Shown here piece by piece: positions 13,159-26,978 of a DNA stretch of 64,000 nt. The stretch lies in assembly GCA_964016885.1 (NCBI GenBank), contig OZ024740.1, positions 413,850,001 to 413,914,000 of the forward strand. The letters run 5' to 3'. This DNA is from Eledone cirrhosa. Taxonomy: Eukaryota. The translations under genes were made by a program, and so were the position numbers. The number at the start of each line of letters is the position of its first letter. The stretch's first letter is position 1. The notes below the pieces were generated by a model. The model did not search any database. It saw only the letters and a list, made by a program, of their open reading frames with translations, and was not told where the DNA came from.

Positions 13159-13565
13159 GGATGGACGTTGACTGTTATGAGTTCTGCCCTTTGTAGGCTT
13201 TGTTTTTTGTCCTGCAGTGTGTCCAAAATCACCCTCCTCACCATGTAAACTTGAGGTTGCCAGTTTAGTCGCCGACGACCGGACCATGCGACAGGTTGTA
13301 CTGGGTTACATGTTACTAGTACCACTCGAGAGTGACCCGACATAAATACGTACATACATAATGGTGGCTGCCAACTCGTTTTAGTACGGCCACTACTTTA
13401 TATCCATGTAGGAGAACCCCTACCGATGCGCTGAACGAGTGTGACTTTTTAGTCCAACCAGCGACTTGAAAACTCTGGTACAAACACTACACTTGTGACA
13501 ATTATTGCCACATAGTGCTGGGCCTATGGTACCATGTGACGACAAGTGCAGAGAGATCTCCCAAC
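13159..13565 (-). mobile_element. Two further pieces of the RTE derivative (5' part 13159-13342; 3' part 13362-13565)
   Basis: Similar to 11815-11998 and 11389-11592; encodes [23 protein letters not shown]. Confidence 0.75.
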
Positions 13566-13612
13566 ATAATAATACATACATACATACATACATACATACA
13601 TACATACATACA

Positions 13613-13642
<30 letters not shown>

Positions 13643-13643
<1 letters not shown>

Positions 13644-16490
13644 GAAGAACAAGAACTCTCCAATATAAGCTGATCAAACAAGAATTGAGAGCTGTTAGCG
13701 AAAAACGCCGATACCTGAAGAAGGTAGACGAGAGAAAATGGCTTAATAAAAGATTCAGACGAAACCAAACATCAGTCTATAGAGATATGAAGGGCAAAAT
13801 AATAAGTGTCACTGATGCCCCATCCCAGAAAGACATATATTCCTTTTGGAGAAAAATATGGGGCGAAAAGAAGAATTTCAACCAAGATGTAGTCTGGCCA
13901 AGAGAAACCAAAAGAACTGATGCCCCTACACTGCAACACAAACATACGAAATAAGTGAGGGTACCCTTGAGACTGAGATAGGAAAACTCCAAGATAAGAA
14001 AACACCGGGAAGAGACATGATTGTCGGCTACTGGTACAAAAAACTAATATTCTATTGGAGGTATCTTGCTGACCTCTACCAACAAGTTTTTAAGGGAGAT
14101 ACACTTATACCAGAATGGTTGACATTAGCACAAACGTTACTGGTCCCCAAGAACAAAGACACCCTCTTTGCAAAAAACTACCGACCCATTGCATGCCAGA
14201 ACCTGATGTATAAGATGTATACAGCCTGCCTGAACCTATTCCTCCAAGATCACTGTGAAAATAATAACATCATCACAGATGAACAAGCAGCTGGAAAGAA
14301 AGGGGTTTGGGGATGTGTTGAACAACTCCTAATCAACAAAACTGCGATGTCGGAGGTGCGACAACTTAGGAGGAATATGACTACACTCTGGCTGGACTAC
14401 AAGAAAGCTTTCGATTCTGTTCCCCACTCTTGGATGATAGAGGCCCTCCAACTTGCTAAAGTCCCAGACATTATTGTCAGAACCATAGAGAGGCTGTCTT
14501 CTTCTTGGGCTACTACCCTAAGGTAGAGAGGGAGGACTCTATTATCACTGATAAAATAAAATATTGCAGGGGTATATTTCAGCGGGACATTCTCTCTGTG
14601 ATATTGTTCATCTTGTCATTAAACCCCTTGTCCTTTCTGCTCAAGAAATGTGAGGGATACATCATTGGCTCACAGGAGGACAGAAATACGAACCTAACCC
14701 ATAACTTCTTTGTGGACGATCTGAAACTCTATGCCAAGAACATGGATGGGATGAAGAAAAATCTTGACCTGGTTACAACATTCTCAAAGGATATGGGAAT
14801 GGATTTTGGCCAAGATAAATGCTCATGCATGACTGTAAAGCGGGGAAAAACAACAACCCAATCTAACAACATTGTCATCAATGGTCTAACCGTTTCACCG
14901 ATATCTGATGAGGACTGCTACAGATACCTGGGGATAGATGAGAACATATCCTATAATGGTATCTGTAATAAAGAACGCGTAACCAGGGAATACTACACCC
15001 GATTAAGAAAGATCTTGTCATCGGAACTCTCTTAGCAAAACAAAACAGTGGCTCACAATGTGTTTGCTGTGCCTGTCCTAACACCAACGTTTGGAATACT
15101 CAATTGGACGATAGACGAAATCCGAGCAGTTGATGTTGGAACTCGAAAAATACTGAACAACACCGGAAACTTCCACATTAACAGTGACATAGACCGCCTT
15201 TACTTGAAACGTAAGCAGGGAGGCAGAGGCCTAACATCAGTCCAGACAACATTTGAATGTCGCATCATATCTCTCCGACAACATCTACGAACCTCGAACC
15301 GTAGGAGCCCGCTTCTCGAGCAAGTCTATCTGCATGAAACAGATAAGATCATGAGAGTTGGGAAGGAACTCCTTGAGAGATATTCTCTGTGATAATCAAA
15401 AACTCACACCCAGGGATGTCGCTCAGCAGTATCGCAGTGAATCGATGGATGAAAAACTGCATGCCTATCAGCAAAAAATCATGCATGGAAGCTCCAGAGT
15501 GAGAGGAATATAGATAAGGAAAGTAGTCTATCTTGGACCAACAACCGCTATATTGGCTCCCACTTTGAAGGATACGCTTTTGCAATCCAAGAACAGGAGA
15601 TTAGCACGAAATACCTGATTCACAAAATAGATAGGGATGCAGGCAAAACACCTAGATGTGATAACAAGTGCAGACTCTGCAGAACTAACATCGAGGATAT
15701 CACCCATGTCATCAGCAGCTGTCCAAAGATGTCATCGCGGTACTATCTACCTATGAGGCATGATATAGTGGCCAAAACACTGTACAGTGCAGTTCGAAAA
15801 AAAGATAGCTCCGATAATAAATACATTAAAAGCTACAACAATGTGGAAGACATCCATGTACATAATATGAAAGAGTACTGGTGGAATGTTCCAGTAAAAA
15901 CCCCAATAAAATGCAGGCATAACAGACCAGATATTATGATATGGGACAGGGAGAAGAAAACATGCACAGTAGTGGAAATTAGCTGCCCAGCAGATGCCAA
16001 TATAATATCAAAGATTAGTGAAAAGGAGAATATTTATGCAGAACTAATGAGAAATCTGCAGATACTCCACCCTGATTACACCTTCAGATTTATGCCTGTG
16101 ATTATTGGGGCACTGGGATATGTTAGTAACTGCCTCAATACAAATCTTGAGAAGCTAGGCTTCACAGGAACAGAAAGAATACAACTAGTTAGGAAATTAC
16201 AAGTACAATCCATTAATGGAACAGTAAAAATATGTAAAACATTCCAAACATTTTGCATCTAATAACTGCATATAGACATGTACATATACAAAGCATATAC
16301 ACATGCACACATACAACTCAAAACATCCACATCCACACATACAATAACATCCATATCTACACATGCATGCATACATATATATCTACCTAGTTGGTGTTGT
16401 GTAAATTCCAGTGAGAGAGTCTTGTGACTATGTTAGAAACAGACTCTCTCTCTATTGGTAAAACTTTGTGAAATTATAAAACCAGAAGAA
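13643..16490 (+). mobile_element. 5'-truncated, frameshifted Dong/R4-clade non-LTR retrotransposon (RT + CCHC + restriction-like endonuclease)
   Basis: RT motifs NYRPIAC, DYKKAFDSVPH, GIF(Q)RDILS, FVDDLKLY and YRYLG. Zinc knuckle CRLC..EDITHVISSC at ~15669-15723. RLE motifs RHD..RPDIMIWD..VEISCP..EKENIY. 3'UTR hairpin gagagagtct/agactctctc. Confidence 0.93.
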
Positions 16491-16504
16491 TATACATACC
16501 AAAA

Positions 16505-16680
16505 CTTTGGGGTGCTCTTGAAATATATATAATAGTATAAATATGGTTTTATAAATATAGCTTCGATTTATTTATTATCATTGAATATTATACTCCAGAA
16601 AACTGTCGAGTGCTCTGAATCAGTTATAAACATTTATATTTTTGGAATTGCCAACAAATTGAATATCCCTTCTGCTTACA
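16505..16680 (+). mobile_element. 3' remnant related to the 33464-33910 fold-back family
   Basis: Shares cttgaaatat..taaatatggttttataaatatag and the tail tactcca..gagtgct..atcagttataaa. Confidence 0.55.
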
Positions 16681-17948
16681 TACATACATACATATTTTAA
16701 TGTATTTGCCCTGGCTATTTTCCCTTTCAGTGAATTTGATGTCTAAGTTGACCGGGACGGCAAATAGCACCATCCATTTTTCCACTAAGAGATCCGCCCT
16801 CGTTTTGTGATGCAAAGAAAGGGAGTTGGTAAAGATGGTGGAGACTACAGTCTGCTGGGAGGCGAACATCAGTGATGCATTCGGCAGATAATCCAGAAAG
16901 TACAGTGACCTGGTTGAACTATGAAACAAGCGAGAGGGGAGGCATAATGTTTCTCTGTAGAGATCAGCAAATGAAGGGTAATACAATTCAAGGACATTAC
17001 CTGAAGCACCTGAAAAGAGAGAAGACTTTGTATTTTTGCATCTTTGTGTTTATTTTGTTTTATTTAATTATATATATTTATAGTTCAAGGAAACAACAAA
17101 CAGAGGCAGAAAAGGTCTTATTAGATCCATGCTTTATATGGAAAAAGGGAAAGAAAGTACGATGTGTGGTGATTTAGCCCTTCTTCACGAGGACAAAATA
17201 GAGACAGGATCACGAAGGAAATACAGAAATAAGGGTAGTCCATGTAAAGAAAAAAATCGAAGGGTGCACCCGTGTTTGAGTATATTTTTGTGTGTATTTC
17301 TGTGTTTATCTTTGTCTTCTTACAAGTATTTCGTCAATAAGAGATCGATGAGATCAGAACCAGACATGAATGCATCAGAACTACGATGTAAGTAGGGTGC
17401 ACCCGGAACGCCGCAGTCTAATGTCTGAAACCTCTAAAATAGTAACAGGAATATATACAAAACTGAAGATCATGCATACATCATAAGTATGATCATCATC
17501 ATGTATCGGCTTAAATATTATACAGACGTACATAGTATATATAAAATTACAGTAATATATCATTGTTTCAGCAAAACTTCTTCGATTCGAATAAGAGTGT
17601 TTTTCCCTTATTTCGTTTTTGAATATGTTTTTGTTTTTTCTCAATTACTTTTTACGCTTCTCTATTCTGATACTTTTAAGGAATATGCGTTGCTATGTTA
17701 TATTCATAATTTAAAATATATCTTTGGGTATAGTTTTGTGACGTGATCAATAGATTTAAGTCATATATCAATGGTGAGCATTCTTAAATAGATACTGTAC
17801 CATTCTTAAATAGATACTGTACCAACAACCTGGTTACTATACATGAAGCAATTAGATTTTCTGCCAAGTGTTTAAAATTTATAACAGAAATTATCGCCTA
17901 AATTCAATTTACATATTTGCGCATTATCATATATACACACACACACAT

Positions 17949-17982
<34 letters not shown>

Positions 17983-18018
17983 GTTTACGATGGACAACCA
18001 AGATGTATATATATATAC

Positions 18019-18068
<50 letters not shown>

Positions 18069-18135
18069 GTATATATATATATATACATATGTATATATAT
18101 ATATATATATATATACATCTTGGTTATCCATAGTA

Positions 18136-19178
18136 AACGATGATGACATCTTCTTTATTTTGGTTCCCGTCTGCCATGAGCACGTAGGTGGCTGTGGAGG
18201 CCTCCTTGACTTGCAGGTCCGGGGACACTGGGGGCAGGGCAAAAGACCAGAGTCGCTTGGGGAAGCTGTTGGTGCCTTTCTCCTCCTTTCACGGGCCTCA
18301 GTGACCTCTGCCCGTCTCTTCTCTTCAAAAGAGAGGATGGTGGTGAGGACAACGGCCCTGTACACTTTGAGCTTGGTGGACTGCCTGATGTTGTGCTGGC
18401 TCAAGACGCGTGTCCTCAGGCTGGCGAGAGTTTGACTGGCCTTGCAGATTCTGGCGTGTATCTCCTTGTCAAGACTTCCATCGCTGCTGATGACAATGCC
18501 GAGGTACTTGAAGTCGTCCACCGTGTTTAGCTGGGTGTCTCTGATGGAGATGGAATGAGGGTGGGCGACGGAGACAGGTGGCTGTCATTCCAGGGTCAGG
18601 AGAAGAACGACTTGCGCATCCAGGCAACTTGTCAAACTGGCAACTTCCAGAGGTTACCTCCACCTGTTACCTCCGCCTCTCACCCATCGCCGCAGGGCTT
18701 TGCGAGTGCACGCTAAAGAAATAACCTGTGCGGGAAAGGTTTATAGTGGAAGGGCCAGTGCACAGTGACGGTCCCACTCACTCGGCCGCAGAAGCCAGAA
18801 TCCGATGATCCGGAGGGCCGTCACGTCCAGAGACTTCCTTGGCTGCAGTGGATGGCTACGACGTCTGTAGTGCCTTGCCGTACCATAGCGCTCCACACCA
18901 CTTGCTGTCGCCGCCTTCGTGACTGTTGGGATGATGTTGTCTTCATCCACTCCGCCGGGTCCAGTCTTCGCATGCAGGGGCATGCATCCCCTATCTAACT
19001 CACCCGGGGGATTCAGACCCGTCCGGCTACCCTCAACCTAGTTCGGCCCGCCAGCCAAAGTGGTTTACCAGGGTGTGGCCGCTGTCGCATGCTACAGCTT
19101 CTTTCGACCACAGATGAGAGCTGAGTGCCAGGTGGGACCCAATGCAGGACGAGCTGTCCTGAAAAGGGCATGGCTACC
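18136..19178 (-). mobile_element. Internally deleted RTE (BovB-like) element
   Basis: GC-rich 5' region ~19178-18560. Post-RT fragment [42 protein letters not shown] is joined by a deletion to C-terminal [19 protein letters not shown]. Confidence 0.85.
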
Positions 19179-19420
19179 CCCCCCCCCCCACACACACACA
19201 CACGTAGAGGTATATGCCCCTTCCTGATACCCCAGGCATATACACACGTATATACATACACATACATATGTACATGTTAATATACATATTTACACATTTT
19301 TGGATGGCCGTTGACTCTTATCAATTCTTCCGCCCTTTGTCATATACATATATATATATATACATATTAGAGATGTACACACACATACGTACACATATGT
19401 ACACACACACTCACACACAC

Positions 19421-19472
<52 letters not shown>

Positions 19473-19683
19473 GTGAGGGTTTTTTTATAAAATGAAAAGT
19501 AACCGAGATGTCCTACACGAGTGAAAGTATAAAGAAAAAAAGATGAAATCGAAAATGCAACTGGAGTCTTATTTTTAAAAATATATATATTTATTTAGTT
19601 CCTTTACCGGTTTCGCAGTTCTTCTGCTTTTCAAGCAAGTGCAACGTTACTCGATTTCCTTGTCGTCATTAAGCTAATATGTC

Positions 19684-19753
<70 letters not shown>

Positions 19754-20269
19754 CTGTATTACTTTTAGAATAAAGTTTCATATTATTTGCTGTTCTTTTT
19801 ATTTAGATTTCTTTACCGAAAATAAATAAGCGCAGAAAATTCTTCATTGTCTATTTTTTTCATATTTTTATTATTTCTTAAGGATTCTTTGGACTGTGAT
19901 GCTGTACATATATGTTTTCTGCGAAAACATAGTTGGTAGTTCTTTACTGACATTTGAGGAAATAGTTTAATACTAATATTCTGTAAAGAAGATATATTAA
20001 TAATGATGAGATGTAGTCAAGCAAATGAATTTGATGGGCTTCTGTATGAATGATACAAAACGTGCTTTTTCGGCGGAATAATAACCATTATGGTTTAGAA
20101 GGAGGGAACATGGGGAAGGAGGTGAGATATAAAGTGTGAGTGTGCTTGTTATATTGATTGTAGTGTTGTGGGGAGCGAGTGTCTCTTATTTGAAATATAG
20201 TGTGTGATAGATAAATTTGAAACAATTTACTTTTCAAGAGTATCTATATCCTAAAGAAAGCCAGTCAAT

Positions 20270-20828
<559 letters not shown>

Positions 20829-20989
20829 TATATATATATATACATATATATAACGAAGATATGTGTGTGTGTGTGTGTGTGAGTGTGGTGTGTGTGTGTG
20901 TGAGTTCCGGGTTCAATCGGGAGTAACCACAGTTAGTAAGGTACTTAGTAAATTGGTAGAGTGTAAACCTCAAGCCATTTCTATATTCA

Positions 20990-21036
<47 letters not shown>

Positions 21037-21093
21037 ACTAGAAATTGATTGACATATGTATATATATTTAAAATAAACACATGAAACAATCAC

Positions 21094-21140
<47 letters not shown>

Positions 21141-21147
<7 letters not shown>

Positions 21148-21348
21148 TCAAATAACAGATTTCACCCTTAACGGGATCTTCTGAAACTAAAGTTTCAGAA
21201 GATCCCGTTAAGGGTGAAAGCAGCGATTCTTTGCTTAAACTTTAATCTGTTATTTTAATAAATATTTGTTCTACGGTTCTTATATATTTGATTTATATTT
21301 ATCCTTATCGAGCCCTCTTTGGATTTTAGTCTTCAAATTTATTATTAT
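21141..21348 (+). mobile_element. Short fold-back element in (TA)n
   Basis: Perfect hairpin 21160-21188 / 21191-21219 plus outer arms. The right half recurs at 3256-3327 and the tail recurs at ~32165-32215 and 43702-43733 (-). Confidence 0.7.
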
Positions 21349-21408
<60 letters not shown>

Positions 21409-23175
21409 ATGTGTATGCATTGGACACTCGTTTGTTAACGTAACAATTGTTGCAGTTATTTGAACAAAGGTACAGCTTTTTCGTGATTTTAACCTGCAAG
21501 TGGGTATTCCATACACGTGGGTATTCCATACCCACGTGTAACATTAACGATATTCTCAGCGATATCCATGAAATAGTGTGTATCAAGGCTAGATCTTTGA
21601 CTTACAGGTAAAACTTTTTCAGGGCTTCGGAAACGAGGTGTCGGAAAATAAAGTGATTTGCTCATGTACTCAATATGCCATCGGGAATCAAACTTACGAC
21701 CTTCTGTTCAGGACCCTATCACAAGAAACACTAACGTATGTGCGGATGCAAATCATTGATGGCAGTCATGGAACCCCAAGCCATTTCCCTCAAAAGATCA
21801 CACCTATTTTGCGGTCTTTCCGCAGAAACAATCGATTCGAGACTAGTGATATCGAGTTACTATCGATTGGTCTACGCATCAGTAATTTTGATGTCTGAAA
21901 CTATCGTAAAACAATGGATTAAATAACAACTTTACCATGTCTTATTATTTCATTGTTTAATATTATATATCTTATTCTGTAGTTTTGAATCCTCCACGAA
22001 ATATGCGAGGATTTTAGGTTACCCCAAAACATTTTGCGTCGATTGGATATTCACGTCAACACAACATCTAGTTCTAGAATGGTCATAAATCCGACCTTGA
22101 TTGGGTAATTTATAGACACTAAATGGTTGATCAGTGTCACACACAAGACTTTGAGTAGTAATCGTAAGACTACATTGAAAGTGTACATTCTACTACTGTA
22201 TGAAGTATGTTTCCTCAAACATATTTCCTGCAGCTCGTACACACATACTGAGAGAGAAGAGATTTATAGCCATAAAACGATATGGCAAATAAAATACAAA
22301 CATAAATACACTGATAGTAGTTGTATGGTGGGATATTTAGAACAACAGTGTCAACACCTAGATGAATTATAACAACAACAATAACAACAACAGCAGCAAC
22401 AACAACAACAACAGCAGCAGCAGCAATAATACTTTTCATTATTTGCCTTCGAAGCATGGATCTAAAGCTTTATATGAAGATTTTTATATTTATTGAATAC
22501 AAACATAAAAACAAACCGAGATAAAACCATTTTCGTGATATTTTCGTGTTAGACTGCAACGTTTGGTTTCCTATGTTCTCAAGAAAAGAATCCTCCAATT
22601 CAAGTTCATAGAAATATAGAACATAAAGCAGTATTTTGTATATATATATATATTTATATTTTCATTTCTATATTTTTCCAGTGATATTTCCGTTTACAAA
22701 ATAACATTAACGATAAACTTCCAATAAAAGAACTCCAGTAAATTCATCGATACTTTCCATGATTCCTCTATAGAATTGTATTTTTATAATTCTTGCTCTT
22801 TCAATTTAAGACAAATTGATTTTCCCGTTTTTTTTTTCTTATTTTTATCTTATCTTCGGCGTATTTCTTTCTACGTATTTCCACTTAACATTATACCATC
22901 TCTTCTCGTATTTACACATTTATACTTTTTCTAAAAATAAACATAAATGAATAAAAGCTGTCTAGAATATTCCGTGAAAGTCCCTGCGTATGTATTTCTC
23001 AACTGTTTTAAAATAAATTCGTTTTATTTTCGTTAGAAAATACAAAATAGTTTATAGGTGTTTCGTTTTATCTTCAGGCTCAAAATACAGCCGAAGTCGA
23101 CATCGTTTTTCAGCCACCCCTGCATGCTTGATGAAGTAGATACCAGTTGAATAATCTGGTCAATAATATATAATG

Positions 23176-23391
23176 GTTTCTTATATAGGCACAAGGCCTG
23201 CAATTTTAGGGTTAGGGAAAGTCAATTAAATCGACCCCAGTCCGTAACTGGTACTTTATTTTATCGACCCCGTAAGGATGAAAGGCAAAGTTAACCTCGG
23301 CCGGATTTGAACTCAGATCATAAGGGGCCGTAACTCGATGCTGCAAAGCATGGTGTTCGAAACACTATTGATATTGCCAATCCACTGCCCT
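23176..23391 (-). mobile_element. tRNA-derived SINE (family 2)
   Basis: Reverse complement of the 9667-9861 family. Confidence 0.85.
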
Positions 23392-23611
23392 TATATATAC
23401 ATATATATGTGTATATATATACATACATATATATAATGTCCTGGGTATGACATTAAACTATATCCAGTGGCAAGGCTCCAGTTCGGGAGTTCAGGAGATG
23501 TGGGGAATGTGGAGTTACCCCTTAGTTGTCATAACTCCCAGGTCTGCCCTGGCCCGGGGTGGTAGTACCTGTTAGGGCTCCATTTATGGGTTAAATAACT
23601 ACCTTATTCGA

Positions 23612-25129
23612 GTGGCGCCGGTAAGGTATTGTCAGCCATTGAAAAGAAATATGGAGAGTCGATCTAACAGCACTAGGGTTAGAGCCCCTAATTACACTAT
23701 CAAGGAGCAGCCTGGTCGTTATGACTCTGCTGGCTTAGAGCCACAGAGAGGGCCAGTGGATGATGGATCAGCTGTCTCTGAGACAAATATGAAGAATGCA
23801 GTTTTGTCCTGCAGAAGAGCCATCAAAATGGGCACTTTGAATGTGAGGACTATTCGGACGCTGGAGAAGAGAGAGGAGTTGGGACATCTGTTCGAGGAGA
23901 GTGGTATACAGATACTTGCGATCCAAGAACACAGGATCCTACACGATGAGCCCGTGAGGAGTGTGATGATCGGGAAGAAGAGCCAGCTCATCACTACATC
24001 GGCAGTGAAGAACACAACAAATGCTGCAGTAGGAGGAGTGGGTTTTGTGTTCAGTACAAAAACCAATCTGTTGTTGAGGGAAATAATGCCTATCTCCCCG
24101 CAAGTGTTGAGGGTGACCTTCAATGGAAACCCAAGACTGACAGTCATCTCAGCCTATAGTCCAACCGAGGGGGACAGTGATGTGAGTGCGGAAGAGTTCC
24201 ATGAGGAGGTGTGTAGAGCTGTCAACACTACTCAGGCACACAATATCCTGCTTGTTTTGGGGGACTTCAATGCACATCTGAGTAAGGAGGGCAGTGAAGA
24301 TCCTTGCTGGTACTTCCATAACAACACCAACCGAAATGGAAGACTACTGAGAGACACCCTGCTGGAGGCGAACTTGATGGCGACCAACCTAGGGTTTAGG
24401 AAGAATCATCTGGGGAAGATGTGGACCTACATCTCAGATATGCACCTGTCCAAGTCCCAGATTGATTTCATTCTGGTGAGGAAAAAGTGGCGGAATATTG
24501 TTCTGAACACGGAACCATACAGCTATTTCAGTACACTGGGTAGTGACCACCGGCTTGTTGTGAGTGAGGTCCGCGTGAGCTTAAGAAAGAGCAAGGCTCA
24601 TCCCCGGAGAACAATCTATGACTGGGGAGCTTTCAAGGAAGATGATAGGCTACAGGAGAGGTTCACAGTGGAAGTGAGGAACAGGTTCAGTGCCCTGTGT
24701 GGGGAGTCAGAGGAGAGAGAGATTGGATGGACCGAGGAGAGTGTGACGAGGAGGTACGGGCACTTCACCAATGCAGTGGCGGAAGCAAGTGAAACCCTGG
24801 TGCCGAGGAAAAAGAACAAAGGGAAGCACGTCAGCTCTGCAAACCCAAAAGTGTGTGCAGCCAGAGAACACCTGAAAGCTGCCAGGGATCAATTCTATGC
24901 TGATCCTACGGAGGAGAGGATGGAGACTGTGGAGGTGATGAGGGAAGAGCTCTGTACCGCTTACACTGAGGTCAGAGAGGAGGCACTGATAGAGAAGATC
25001 AGAAGTGTGGAGAGAGCGGTTGACAGATCTGGATGTAAGGAGAGCTGGATGATCATCAACGAGATCACAGGGAGGAAGAGAAGGTGTTCGAGGGAACGGG
25101 GCCCGAGGATAGGAAGAGGAAATGGCTAG
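23612..25129 (+). pseudogene. APE endonuclease part of the RTE ORF
   Basis: Open frame with all APE motifs; frameshifts near 25090 and 25280 separate it from the RT. Confidence 0.9.
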
Positions 25130-25295
25130 ACCATTTTAGGACCCTACTAGGAGAGCCACCCCCCACAGCCCAGAGCACTGGGGAGATCAGGCGGCTGTTT
25201 GAGGAACTGGATGTTGAGACAGAGCCCTTCACCAGAGAGGATCTTCAGAGAGCCAAGAAGAGGATCAAGGAGGGAAGGCTCATGGAGAAGATGGA

Positions 25296-26863
<1,568 letters not shown>

Positions 26864-26889
26864 TGTATGTATATATATGTATATATATG

Positions 26890-26938
<49 letters not shown>

Positions 26939-26978
26939 GTATATATATGCATATATATATGTATATATATATATATAT

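Noticed and set aside
11389-13641. CRISPR-like or regularly spaced array
   Set aside because: Units are retroelement fragments separated by microsatellites in a eukaryotic context; no cas genes.
17315-17385. Minus-strand CUGAUGC...gac GAAA uacuug UA
   Set aside because: Core mismatch and unconvincing stem I.
19598-19636. Minus-strand UUGAAAA gcag..cugc GAAA ccgg UA
   Set aside because: Probably a decayed HHR, but two core changes and a poor stem I make it too weak to call.
21191-21235. CAGAAGA-cccguuaaggg-GAAA as a hammerhead (also 3261-3290)
   Set aside because: Core is CAGA in both copies and no stem III/UH/stem I can be formed; kept only as a fold-back element.
23437-23610. HDV-like ribozyme in the RTE 5'UTR
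   Set aside because: Known for some RTEs, but I could not fit the nested double pseudoknot by eye.
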